The notes beneath the pieces are model-generated. The model made no database searches, had not been told where the DNA came from, and was given only the letters and a program-made list of their open reading frames with translations. DNA of 64,000 bases from the human T2T-CHM13v2.0 reference genome, Homo sapiens. Location: the NCBI RefSeq assembly GCF_009914755.1, contig NC_060925.1; one strand, 5' to 3'. Position numbers and translations under genes: made by a program. Positions 20,750 through 33,537 of the stretch are shown here, piece after piece; position 1 is the first letter of the stretch; each line of letters opens with the position of its first letter.

Positions 20750-21220
20750 ATATCAGTTAGGATTTCCAGCTGTAAAAGACAGAAGAAATAAAATAACAGG
20801 ATCTCAAACATAGATAGTAGTTTACTTCTGTCTCAGGTTAAAAATCACGAAAGTAGGCAGTCCAGGGTTTATACGATGACTCCATAATCCACAGAAACCT
20901 GGGTTCCTTCCACTTTGCTACTCTGACCTCTTCAAAATGAGAGCCCATCTTATCTCATGGTCTAAACTCCAGCCAGTATAGAGGACACAGGGAAGAAGGG
21001 AAGGCCAATTCCTTTAAAGACACTTTCCAGAAGTTGCACAAGACACTCCACTTACATCCTCTGGCCAGAAGTTAGTAACATGGCTATGCCCGGCTGTAAG
21101 GAAAGGTGAGAAGTGAAACCTTTATTGCAGGTGGCCAATGGCCCAGTTAAAAATAGAGGGTTCCATTACTAATGAAGGAGAGGAAAGTGGATACTAGGGA
21201 TGGCACCAGTAGTCTTTGCT
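20750..21220 (-). mobile_element. ERVL-type solo LTR (LTR33-like)
   Basis: Recognised motifs tatcagttagga, ggcagtccaggg, ttccagaagt, ggccagaa..tagtaacatggc. Confidence 0.55.
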
Positions 21221-22036
21221 ACAAATGGTTACTGCCCTGATCACATTTCTTACATAATCAAGAGGAAAAGTTCTTAACTGTTGCAGTTACTGCCTCATCA
21301 TTATATGGCATTCCATTTTACCCTTTAATTTTTACTTGGTCAAGTTTAGGCCTGCTGTACACCAGAACACATGAATAGCTTTGCTCAGCATTCTTTGTGA
21401 CGTTGCTCACAGTAACATTATGGATACCTAATAAATTTTTTAAAAGACAAAATGTTCTACGTTTTGTGGCCTACTCTGGATGGCTTTAAGGTAAAGTGGG
21501 TGAGTATCCCTACCCTTTACATTTCAAGTGTAGGGGTGTTTAGCTGTCTCTTCTGGCTCTCATTTACTGACTCTTCTGGGTAAATCCATTGTTCTTTCTT
21601 TTATACAAGAGACTATCTGAGCACCCAAAACTTGAAAGTCTCTAAGCTAGGTGCTATAGTGTTAAATATTTCAGTAAGATATTTTCCCTGCTTAATCCAG
21701 GAGCTTGTCATTTCCTTGCTGGAAGTACACATGGATAAAATAACTGCAAGGTTTCTGAAAGACTTAAGTACAAAAATGTCCTGCAAAGAAAAAGGGAAAT
21801 ATCTCATTCAGTTGTGAGGGATTAGGAATAAAAATGAATTGGAGAGGTCAAAATGTAAGCTTGTCCTCAAAAAGAAAGGACTAATTTGCAGATGGAGATG
21901 GGGTTTCTTCCTTCCGAGGTCTGCCATGGTGTAATCTGTCCTGTAATGTCTAATGTCTACCTGCTATTATTTTCTAAATGGTGAGTTAAATGGGAAATAT
22001 GTGTAGCGTATAACCATTTTCTATCCTTTGCTTTAG

Positions 22037-22122
22037 GTTTCGACTCATTGGTTCCCCATCTACTACTTGTCTCGTCTCAGGCAATAATGTCACATGGGAT
22101 AAGAAGGCACCTATTTGTGAGA
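22037..22122 (+). CDS. CR1: CR1 exon 28, second half of SCR23
   Basis: ctttgctttag|GTTTCG...GAGA|gtaagt, 86 nt; [28 protein letters not shown]. Confidence 0.97.
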
Positions 22123-24075
22123 GTAAGTTGAAATACTTTTCTCCACAAATTCCTCTGTGTGATCCTGACTTGCCCCTGGAGTACAAAGAATAAATTGAAT
22201 CCTTCTTGCACAAAGTAGTCTCTCAGATATTTGAAAATAGGAGTCAGATGCTTCATGGTCTTCCTGGCTTTTCTTTATCTTAAAAGGTGATTTATCTGAA
22301 ACTGTGGGCTTGAACCTAGGCAAAATACCCTACTTTCCCATTATAATAGTAAATATTTCCAGTATAGAGAGTGTTGTCCTTAATGAGTACATTTTAAAGG
22401 CGTTAGACAAAATTAGATCTGTCTTTGCCAACTCTTACTATCTATCAGGTTACAATTCCACAAAGTAGGCTACTCACTTTCTTGTTATTCTAATCCAAAT
22501 AATAAAAAGAACTCTTCTTCCAGTTCTTAGCAATTTTCCTAAGCCTCTGATCATTTTGAGTTCTAATCCTCCTTCAATTCTTTTAGGCCCATGTCTTCAG
22601 TTGTATTTGTTCTCGATTAGCTGACCCTCCATTTTTCCCATAAGATATTTTTCAATGAATCTCCAAAACTTTAAAACCATGGAAGAATGATTGCAAATTG
22701 GCAAAGTGTTATAGCTGTGAAGAAGTCGTCATCGCACACAGAGTTGATGGCAGCAAAAGTAGGCACAGACTTCCAGAAAGCTAATGACCAATATAAACAA
22801 AAGTAAAGTAAATACCCTCTGACTGACAATTCCATTTCCCAGAATTTAGCCCAAGAAAATAATCATGAAATAGTCCCATGATTTTGGTCCAGAGATACTC
22901 AATGCAATAATATTTGTGATAGTGGAAAATGTTAAACAACCTAAATGTTCAGCATGGTTTGAAAATAGCTAGTAGAAGAAATAAGGCATATTTTAATGGC
23001 TATCAGTTTTTCGGAAAGGTAAAAAAGTGCACCAGGAGGAATTAAAGGTTGAGATGCCTCATCCAAGTGGAAAAAGTACATCTATGTAGCTACATGACTG
23101 ATTATTATTCAGCCACCAAATATGGTAGTATAGAAAATATATCCATCCATACATATGCATGTATCCACATATGTATCTAAGAGGATATAATTAAATTGTT
23201 ACAAATAGTTATCTTTGAACCATTTTCACTTTCTTCTTTCTCTTTGTCCATATTTTATAAATTTCCTACAATGAATGTGTTCATTGTAGTCACTAATATT
23301 CTTCCCCCCCAAATTAACATTGACTTTTAAACATTAAATGAATGAGAATGTATACAAGGTGCCTCCCATATCTGCCAAGAACTTGAAATTCTATGAAATA
23401 ATTCAAATTATCAAAGAATTATCAGTTTACTATACAAAGTTTTCAAGGCATGGCACCTTTTGTAGGGGGTTATCTTTTATAAAAAAATTTCCACTTCTAC
23501 ATTTATAGGTCAGTGATCATTTAATTGAGTCAATACTGGTTATGTGTGTATATGTGTGTAGTCACTTAGCCAATATGTGAATATTATTATCTTATGATAG
23601 AACACAGTATTCATTTATCATTTTATTGCCCTTAAATCTGCCATTATTTCATTTCTCATGCCTTATCTTTTGTGTTTCCTTTTCTCTCTTTTTCTTCATA
23701 AATAATGCCAGAAGTGGTATATTTAAACTGCAAAGAGGTTATTTTAATAACCTATAGGAAAAAATAGTCCAGCAATAGATAAGTACCTTAACAATCTGTG
23801 ATAAAATCACATGTATTATCCACTTAAAATTATAAATATATAAACCCAAAAAAACATGGATTTTTTTTGTGAAATATGAGCAGAACCCATATCATACACA
23901 CCTAAATTTCAACTAGGTAAAAATGTCTGATTATTAGCAAATATTTTAAGAAAATAACAGTATTGTAATTCCATTTAGAAAATCATTGGATTATTTGCAT
24001 TTGGTATTTAAATTCATAGTAAAATAATTCATTATTAAAAAATAAGCTGTTTTACCATACTCTTCCTTCTCTCAG

Positions 24076-24474
24076 TCATATCTTGTGAGCCACCTCCAAC
24101 CATATCCAATGGAGACTTCTACAGCAACAATAGAACATCTTTTCACAATGGAACGGTGGTAACTTACCAGTGCCACACTGGACCAGATGGAGAACAGCTG
24201 TTTGAGCTTGTGGGAGAACGGTCAATATATTGCACCAGCAAAGATGATCAAGTTGGTGTTTGGAGCAGCCCTCCCCCTCGGTGTATTTCTACTAATAAAT
24301 GCACAGCTCCAGAAGTTGAAAATGCAATTAGAGTACCAGGAAACAGGAGTTTCTTTTCCCTCACTGAGATCATCAGATTTAGATGTCAGCCCGGGTTTGT
24401 CATGGTAGGGTCCCACACTGTGCAGTGCCAGACCAATGGCAGATGGGGGCCCAAGCTGCCACACTGCTCCAGGG
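24076..24474 (+). CDS. CR1: CR1 exon 29, SCR24+SCR25 (Knops blood group exon)
   Basis: ccttctctcag|TCATA...AGGG|gtgagt, 399 nt; [52 protein letters not shown]...[33 protein letters not shown]...LPHCSR; matches ORF 24156..24509. Confidence 0.98.
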
Positions 24475-25102
24475 GTGAGTGTGACCCATCAAGACTTTGC
24501 TGGGTGTGAGGGTACGTATAGATGATAGGAGTTGTTGAAATTAAGGAAGAAGTGTATAAGGACTATGAAATTGGCATAAACATAATAGTAGCTTCACTGT
24601 CTGTTATCTCTGTTAATAATTGTCTCAAAGTAATGGCTTATTCTCTCATCTATAGTAGACATATTTTAGATGCATTTTTGAATTTAACATTTACAGCAAA
24701 TATATGAAGTAGCTACTATTGGTATCCCCATTTTACTTTGAGAGAACTGAGTCTTAGTGATATTAAAGAACTTTTCCAAGGCTCTGACTCCAGAGCCTAA
24801 TCATAATGTACAGTGGAATGTATCATGAACAATAATGTGTAATAGTGATGATCGTATCTCTATCCCTGGAGTGGGGCAGTAGGCAAGTGAGCCATGAGGA
24901 CCAAAATGAGAGCATCAAATCAAAAAGGCCTTGGACTTCAACTTCAACTTTTTCTCATTATAATTGAAAAGACTGAAGCTCAGAAAAAGTGTTTTGCTCA
25001 AATCCAAACAAATATATATATATGTATATACACACACACACATATATACTTGATATATAATTATATATTGTTCAGATTGAGGCTCAAATTCATTCTTTGA
25101 GG

Positions 25103-25414
25103 TTTTTTGATTGTTTGTTTGTTTGTATGTTTGTTTGAGAGAAGGTCTCGCTCTGTTGCCCAGGCTGGAGTACAGTTGTACAATCATAGTTCACTGAAGC
25201 CTCTAACTCCTGGGCTCAAGTAAGACCTCTGCCTCAGTCTCACAGGTAGCTGGAACTCCAGGTGCTCACTACCACACCTGGCTAATTTTTATTTATTTTT
25301 AGAGACAGAGTCTTGCTATGTTGCCCAGGCTGATCTTGAGCTCCCGTCCTCAAGCAATCCTCCTGCCTCAGCCTCCCAAAGTACTGGGATTTCAGGCCTG
25401 AGCCACCATGCCTA
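25103..25414 (-). mobile_element. Alu (AluJ-like)
   Basis: Diverged reverse Alu dimer. Confidence 0.85.
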
Positions 25415-25569
25415 GTTTCAAATGCATTCTGATGCCCTGAGAACACACCAATTGTCCTGTGGATGGAGGCAGCCAACATTTCGGTTAAAATACGGTCTAA
25501 GCAATATGTTCTATCACTAAAAAGTCTGTAGCTTTTTTTTCTTTGAGGGGGGGTTGTTCTTTTTGTTTA

Positions 25570-25880
25570 TTTTTAATTTATTAATCTTTAATTTTTGTGG
25601 GTACATAGTAGGTGTATATATTTATGGGTATATGAAATGTTTTGATACAGGCATGCAATGTAAAATAATCATGGAGAATGAGGTATCCATGCCCTTAAGC
25701 ATTTATCCTTTGTGTTACAAATAATCCAATTACACTCTTTCATTTTTAAATGTACAATTAAGTTATTACTAACTATAGTCACCCTGTCATGCTATCAAAT
25801 ACTACATCTTATTCATTCTTTCTTTTTTTTTTTGTACCCATTAACTGTCCCCACCTCCCCTCCCTACCCTCACCCCCTAT
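25570..25880 (-). mobile_element. L1MA 3' end, antisense
   Basis: ttttgtgggtacatagtaggtgtatatatttatggg...tttgtacccattaac. Confidence 0.8.
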
Positions 25881-26462
25881 CCCCACGATTTTGTTCTTGA
25901 TGCCTCCTCTTTTCTTAGCTGAAATGACTGGCTTAAAACATGGAGTGGGAAGAATTAGGACTGGTCACAGGGACAGAAAGGAAGCTAACAGTTCAGCCCT
26001 GTGCTGACTGAAAGAGGGTCAGGGAGTGTGGAAAATGAAGAATACGTGAAGGTGTCTGTTAGATGAGACCTTGGCAACAGTACTCCTTGCTGTTGCCTTA
26101 CGCATGAGCTTGAGGGACTGCCTCTGTAGGAAGTGGAAGAGTGGCCAAACCACCCGCACTCACGACTCTGTGCTCCATAACCAGTAGTTGAAAGCAAGAG
26201 GAATATGCTGCCTTATAGTCTTTGGAACATGTTTCAGTAGAAAAAACACAGACAAGGTGTTGGAGAGACTTTGATTCTAGTCACAGTTCTGCTTGGTTTC
26301 CTTAGCTTCCTTGTTAGTGAGATGTGGCTACTGAACTACCAATCTTCTCTTTTAATAGCTGCACTCTGCAATGACGATTTTTAAGCCCTCTGGTAAGCAT
26401 AAGATATAGCAAAGGAAATTGCCCCATATCTAACAAGTGCTCTGGAACTGTCCTTTCCACAG

Positions 26463-26639
26463 TGTGTCAGCCGCCTCCAGAAATCCTGCATGGTGAGCAT
26501 ACCCTAAGCCATCAGGACAACTTTTCACCTGGGCAGGAAGTGTTCTACAGCTGTGAGCCCAGCTATGACCTCAGAGGGGCTGCGTCTCTGCACTGCACGC
26601 CCCAGGGAGACTGGAGCCCTGAAGCCCCTAGATGTACAG
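26463..26639 (+). CDS. CR1: CR1 exon 30, SCR26
   Basis: ctttccacag|TGTGT...ACAG|gtgcct, 177 nt; [58 protein letters not shown]. Confidence 0.97.
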
Positions 26640-26724
26640 GTGCCTTGACTCTCTGGCTTCCAGATTGCTCTGTTTTCCCCTTCACATGGAGGACTTACTC
26701 CTGTTGTTTTATTTTTTCTTCTAG

Positions 26725-26827
26725 TGAAATCCTGTGATGACTTCCTGGGCCAACTCCCTCATGGCCGTGTGCTACTTCCACTTAATCTCCAGCTTGGGGC
26801 AAAGGTGTCCTTTGTTTGCGATGAAGG
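26725..26827 (+). CDS. CR1: CR1 exon 31, first half of split SCR27
   Basis: ttttcttctag|TGAAA...GAAGG|gtgagt, 103 nt; [35 protein letters not shown]. Confidence 0.97.
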
Positions 26828-27318
26828 GTGAGTGTGACCCAGCGTTGAGACCAAGGACTCAGTGTGGAGAATCACTCTCTTGAGATCAGGGGTTAATCCA
26901 ATTAAGGAGCTGACCTAGTAGATAAGAAGTACCCAGAGAGATTAATTTATGGAAGGGTAGTTTTGAAATAAGGGTAGGGACTAAGTGGCACCACTTTCAG
27001 AAGGCAATGAGAAAATGGCACATACAGCTCAATGTCAGGTACAAACCTAAATACAGTCACTGATCTTGAGTACACAGTTGGAACTTGAAATGAATGGGTA
27101 CGTATTTATTTGGAGGCAAAAGAACATAATTTTATAAGAGGTATGCTAGAAAATAAATGATGAATAAGACAAAAATTGTTTGCCCCATAAGAAGTAAGGT
27201 AGAGGTTGTCTTAAGAAACTTAAAACCAATCAATAGTGGAATCTGTAATAGTGCATGGATAAGTGTGTTTTAACCCAATAATATATCTTCAGGTCAGGAA
27301 TGGCCAGTGTAATTCTTT

Positions 27319-28389
27319 TAATGCAGGATTTTTCTCAGCCACTTTGCCAGCCAGTGACTTCTGGACAGCAATGCCCCTGCCCAGGCCTTGCTTGGGCCCA
27401 GGCTCACCGCAGGAAACACCCCAGATACTTAGCCCACTGGGCGGCGTCTGGCTGGTGCTCTGACTGGGACCCTGGGGCCACCATGACTGCACACTCAGCC
27501 CCTGGTGGGAGGGGATGTGTGAGTGAGTGAGTGTGGGGTCCAGCTGGCCACTCCAAGCACCTGCACAGGAATGGGCTCTGAGCAGTGCTGGCAGCTGGAC
27601 CAGGCATGTCGCACTGAAGGGAACGTGGTGGTGCCCAAACAGGGGTGCCCATGACCCCAAAGCACAGAGGAGGTGTTACAGCACACTAATGGCTCTTAGC
27701 ATTTGATAATGCCTGCAGCCCAACAGATGGCAGTGTGCTTAACAGCTCTGTCAATCCTGTCGCCCCACATCTCCTGTCGCCCAGCTCTGGCTTGATCCGC
27801 TGCTGCTTCCTTTCGCGTGGTACAGCTGCCCTCCCACAGCAGAGGGCGGAGGGCCACAGTGTTACAGGCTTCTTTGTACCTGCGTTTGGTGGGTCCTGAG
27901 TTGTTGTCCCGCATCCAAGAAGAACAAGGTTATACTGACAATAGAAGGGTGAGGAGGGTGGAGAAGAGTTTTATTGAGTGACGAAACAGCTTCTCAGCGG
28001 AGACGAGACACGAGGGTGGACCCCAGATGAAGTCAGGGGGTCATTCTCTCTCTCAGCGTGGCTGGTTCTGGGGCTTTTATGGACACAGAATGGGGAGCCT
28101 GTGCTGATTGGTTTGTGACTATGCAAAAAAGACTAAAACAAAGACACCACTCAAAGGTGGGCACAACAGTGTAAAAAACCAATTAGGGAAGCTCAGGTAT
28201 ATGTAAACTAAATGAACAGTGAGGATCAATCAGAGGAAAGCACACCAAATGGGAAGAGAGGTTCTCAAGCCAGTCCATGGATTTACCTGGAACTTGTAGC
28301 TAGGCTTTAAACTGTCTTCAGCTTGAAGGTCGGGTTTCACCGGGATCTGCCCCATCTGCCTAGGATTTGTCTGCCTCCTGCTTCTATCA
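27319..28389 (-). mobile_element. ERV1 solo LTR, MER52-like, in CR1 intron 31
   Basis: Minus strand begins TGATAGAAGCAGGAGGCAG and ends ...AAAAATCCTGCATTA; GC-rich, with CCAAT and AATAAA on the minus strand. Confidence 0.75.
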
Positions 28390-29189
28390 GTTTCAAGTGG
28401 TATTATTAGTTGTTTATGTGTATCCATTACTCTTGGTGGTGTGCACTATGAGTCTGGAGGGATAACTAGATTGGGCAATTAAGCAGTTATTTTTAATGAT
28501 TTCCAAAGAATCTTCGGCATTTACAAAGTCCACCACCTAATAATGATTTCCAATTTCAGAATGATTTCAGATTTCAGAAGGCAAGCAGGATTCAATAAGT
28601 TGGGCATTTTGGGGTGCAAAGACTCTTCCCCCCTCCCTTCTTTTTTTCTTAGAGCACGTGGTTCAGCATGCTTCTGTGAGCCTCCTCTGGCCTGTTACAG
28701 TTGTAGTAGCAAGAAGAACAGTGCCCGTTCTCTTTCTAGATGTTCCTGGCTTTGCTTACCAAATCGAGAGCTGTTCTGCCTCATGACCCACTAATGAGAA
28801 TAAGTGGGATGTCAGAGAGCCATCAGTGAAAGATGACACCTGAAGGTTATGGCTCTTGTGCCCATGGAGAAGTATGGTTCTGTGTTCATGCCTTCTGTAG
28901 GTGATGCTGGGCTATGAAGTTTATATGGCAATTATGCACATCAGCTCTAATTGCTTTGCCAGTCACAGGGTACCATGGTTCTTTAGAATAAATTGGCCTT
29001 TGAGTTTCTGTCAGCTACTGAAGAATTCAGATCCCTAATGAACTAAGACTTTTAGCTGGGCCTGAACCTAAGACCTAAATGATAGTCGAGGAGGAAATGG
29101 TAGTGAGGAAGCTGAGCATCTATTAGCGAAGAAATCAAGGGAGAGATGGGAATTGCTCACACATTTGCTACCACTTTTTTTTTCTTTAG

Positions 29190-29275
29190 GTTCCGATTAA
29201 AAGGCAGGTCTGCTAGTCATTGTGTCTTGGCTGGAATGAAAGCCCTTTGGAATAGCAGTGTTCCAGTGTGTGAAC
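29190..29275 (+). CDS. CR1: CR1 exon 32, second half of SCR27
   Basis: tttctttag|GTTCCG...GAAC|gtgagt, 86 nt; [28 protein letters not shown]. Confidence 0.97.
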
Positions 29276-29599
29276 GTGAGTAGAAAGAACTATGTAGTTT
29301 GGATAGCTCTCCTTATTTTCGTTTTCCAGCATGTTTTTCCGCATGGCATCACCTGTTGTCTAGATCTTTACTTAACTAAATTATGGATAAAAATACTTCT
29401 TTGTTGGAAGAATTTCAAGAAGGGTCTTGTAGGTCTTCTCTGACATGTGTTTTTGTTACTAATCTGCAAATCACTTAGTTTAATGACTGTTTAATTTTGT
29501 GGGGAATGTGTGGCAAGAAACTAGATGACATAAAGGTGCAGCACGTTTTAGTCAGTCATTTATTTTTAGTTTTCTTATCAAGGAGGAATCTTTCTTAAA

Positions 29600-29894
29600 T
29601 TTTTATTTTTATTTTTATTTTCTGAGACACTGTCACCCAGGACAGAGTGGAGTGGTGCAATCACAGCTCACTGCAGCCTCAACCTCCTGGGCTCAAATGA
29701 CCCTCGCACCTCAGCCTCCCAGTAGTTGGGACTACAGGTGCATGCCACCACACCTGGCTAATTTTTGTACTTTTTGTAGAGATAGAATCTCGCCATATTG
29801 CCCCAGCTGGTCTCAAACTCCTGGGCTCAAGCTATCCTCCCACCTTGGCCTCCAAAAGTGTTAGGATTACAAGTGCGAGCCACCATGCCCAGCC
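29600..29894 (-). mobile_element. Alu (AluJ-like)
   Basis: Reverse Alu dimer. Confidence 0.85.
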
Positions 29895-31360
29895 AAATTT
29901 TTATGTTCTTTTATCCCCTCGCATATCATAAACAATTTAGTCAGCTTGTTTTTTAGCCTGCAGTATTTAATGACATAGGGCTTCCCATGTGCCAGGACTT
30001 TCCATGTGTAGAAAAAGCAATGAATAGTGAATGAATAGTGAAGACACCTCCCTACTTTCCTGGGATGTATTTTCTTGTTGGGAAGCAGACTATGAACAAG
30101 GAAATAAATAAGTAAACAAAATTCTAAAAATTATAACATATAAAATGGTAGTTAAATAGGGATGTTATGGAGAAAATAAAACAGAGTTATATGATAAATT
30201 AGTACGATGGAAGGAGCTGGGATGATGAATCAGTGTCTGAAATGATGAGGTGTCCTAAGTTTCCAAACCATCCGCTTAAATAAAATATGCCAAAATTCAG
30301 AAAAAATTCAGAAACTCTTAGATAAAAGTACATGTTTGACATACCAAGACATTACTGATTGATTCTATTCTGTCTACTAAAGCAAGGCAAGAATTTTTTA
30401 AACCTTGTTTTCCTGATTATTAGAAAATGTTTATTTTAATTTGTATTGTGTTAAAATAACTTATAGAAATCAATTTGGATACCTTATGGTGAGTATTATG
30501 GTGAAGAACATTCAATACCTGAGGAAACTCAAGTATTCAACAAACTCAACCTTACAGAGACACATAGAGCTGAAAATAAATATATAAATAAACTTAGGAA
30601 AACACAAACAGGTAAAATTCAAGCATGAGAAGTCAATCATTGTTTGATGTACTAGGTCTTTTATATACACATAATTCTGATAAATTTGGGTATCTCTTCC
30701 TAAATTCATGTCAAACTAGAAGCATCAATTGCTTTTAGGGAAGGAACTGTTCTAAGCAGACTAAAAGGAGGAAGAAATGGTGGCTAATAATTGGAAGAAA
30801 TCAAAAAAGGCTCTTTGGCACCATTTAATCTGAGTAAAAACAGCCTTACTGGTGTCTGATGACACCACTGGAAATTTGGTATTGGTCCTGATGGTAATGG
30901 TCTTGAATCACCAAGAAACATTTACATTGCTAAAGATGATAGCTCATGTTTATTAAAGTTCATAGATTTCCTTGAAACTTATGGTCTCTGATGACCAAAA
31001 CTTTGTCTGTCTTGAACCTCATTGTCAACTCAGGAATCTTACTATGCCTGAGTTAAAGTAGACAACCAAATGGGTGTTTTTAAAAAAAATAAAAACAATT
31101 ACTTTCCAAATTCATTGTGAACATAGGTACCTGAGTGGTCCAGGAACACTGTCTTTGGGCTTTTGCAATAAACTGTAATTTAGGTCTCACTTCAGTTAGT
31201 TGCCTCTCAACAAAAGCCTTACAGATTTAAATTCCGTCTACCTTAGTTATATTCTTTCTAAAAGTTATATTCTTTTTAAGCGCACAGTCACAGGTCACTA
31301 TTGTTTCAGTCATCTTAAGTGAAATTCTAATAGAACTTAAAGCTCTTGTTTTCTTTCTAG

Positions 31361-31588
31361 AAATCTTTTGTCCAAATCCTCCAGCTATCCTTAATGGGAG
31401 ACACACAGGAACTCCCTTTGGAGATATTCCCTATGGAAAAGAAATATCTTACGCATGCGACACCCACCCAGACAGAGGGATGACCTTCAACCTCATTGGG
31501 GAGAGCTCCATCCGCTGCACAAGTGACCCTCAAGGGAATGGGGTTTGGAGCAGCCCTGCCCCTCGCTGTGAACTTTCTGTTCCTGCTG
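31361..31588 (+). CDS. CR1: CR1 exon 33, SCR28
   Basis: ttctttctag|AAATC...GCTG|gttagt, 228 nt; [75 protein letters not shown]. Confidence 0.97.
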
Positions 31589-32186
31589 GTTAGTACCTGC
31601 TTCCACATATCCTAAATGGGTTCAGAATATCTAGGTAAGAACCTCCATATTTCTATAGTGACAGTCATTTTTGCTTGTGAAAATGGCTTTGCTGTAACTG
31701 TCAGAGACAGAACTACCTCCCAAGTGAATGACAAACGGGTTATAGATAGGCACGCTGTCTCAATTGTTGGTATTCTGATGGTCCTTCCTATGGGGTGAAG
31801 AGTGTGGGATGGTAAGGAGAGAAGGGGGTGGACAGTGAAGAGAATTGATGAGGTCCAGATTTAGTAGGGAATGTTTTCAAAGTACTGAAAACAAATGCTA
31901 AAGAAAATACTCTTTTATTCCACCTCTACTACTACGAGTTATCTTTATCCTGGAGAGATGGATGTGCTGTGCAAAAAGTACACATTGATGATGTAATTTA
32001 CTTCAGAACTGATAACGCTATAAAAGTAATTTGAGAAACTCAGATGTAGGGATTTATACTTTTTATGTTGTTTCCAAGGGTTTGTTCAAGCCACTGACTA
32101 TGTTTGTTTGATCCTTCACCTCAACATTAACAAAGGGAACTCAGGAGGCCCTGGAGAAGCAGAGTTTAAAATTGTACTCTTAGCCT

Positions 32187-32268
32187 AATGGGTGCAGCAA
32201 ACCAATATGGCACATGTATACCTATGTATCAAACCTGCACATTGTGCATATGTACCCTAGAACTTAAA

Positions 32269-32355
<87 letters not shown>

Positions 32356-32377
32356 TATATATATATGTGTATATATA

Positions 32378-32440
<63 letters not shown>
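32187..32440 (+). mobile_element. ~85-bp L1PA 3' end plus tail converted to compound microsatellite
   Basis: aatgggtgcagcaaaccaatatggcacatgtatacc...gaacttaaagtata, then (TA)n(TG)n..(TA)n(GA)n; perfect 16-bp TSD ATTGTACTCTTAGCCT at 32171-32186 and 32441-32456. Confidence 0.92.
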
Positions 32441-32446
<6 letters not shown>

Positions 32447-32844
32447 CTCTTAGCCTCCATAGCTCATTCGATATATTAGTCTGGCTTTAAACGACAGTAC
32501 CTGACAACTGTAGGCACATGTGTGGCTGTGACTGCCCACACCAGTTCCATCTTCCAGTAAGGACAGAACAGCACTGAATCGGTAGCTTGTCGATCCCTGT
32601 GGTACTCCCCCATCTGATCTAGTTTGAAGTTAGAGACTGTAGAGGATAGTGTTTAAATGTCAAGAGGTCTAGGTTTAGAGAACCCGTCTTTCACTGATCA
32701 AATAGGAGGGAGTGGCTTATGACCTGGCTGGTTGAGGTCTTCATGTACCTCTAATAGCCAGAGATATTGGATGTGTTCATGTATTCATATGTCTATGTTT
32801 AACTGAGTGTCTTTTCTTGTGTTTGTGTGGGAACTTGTTCTTAG

Positions 32845-33021
32845 CCTGCCCACATCCACCCAAGATCCAAAACGGGCATTACATTGGAGGACACGTATCT
32901 CTATATCTTCCTGGGATGACAATCAGCTACATTTGTGACCCCGGCTACCTGTTAGTGGGAAAGGGCTTCATTTTCTGTACAGACCAGGGAATCTGGAGCC
33001 AATTGGATCATTATTGCAAAG
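32845..33021 (+). CDS. CR1: CR1 exon 34, SCR29
   Basis: ttgttcttag|CCTGC...AAAG|gtgact, 177 nt; [59 protein letters not shown]. Confidence 0.97.
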
Positions 33022-33537
33022 GTGACTTATTTCTTGGTATTCCTTATTCTTGCTGGGTTGTATGGAATGCATGAGGCTTGTAAGGCTGAGAGACATTGAA
33101 ATGAGCTTAATGAAAGGGATAATATTTTTTTCTTCTCGGCAACTGCTTTCTTTTCATTTACATAAAATTATTTCATCTTATTAACTGTCCTCTTTGCATG
33201 GTCGATAGCAGTGCTTCTCCATCCAGAGCATTAACAAAATCACCTTGTTAAAAAGATTCTCAAACTCCATTCCATGGCCTCTGATTCTGTTTTAAAGTGG
33301 GGTCAAAAGTCTATTTTTAACAAACTCATCAGAATGCTCTGATGCAGGAAGACCACAGACCACACTTCAAGAAATACCACTTTGCCTTCTTGGTTTGTAT
33401 CTAGGAAAAAAATATTGTAGGCTTAATTTTGAGACTATTACAACTGAAAAGAAGTCTGTGCTTGAAGATGAAGGATGTACTGATGGCTGGGCAGAAAAAG
33501 AAAGTAAAACAAAGGATAAGTTAAACAAAATAAAGTA

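Noticed and set aside
32188-32490. ORFs with YIYIYI/VCVCVC/ERERER or HTHTHT runs
   Set aside because: Stop-free dinucleotide microsatellite, not coding
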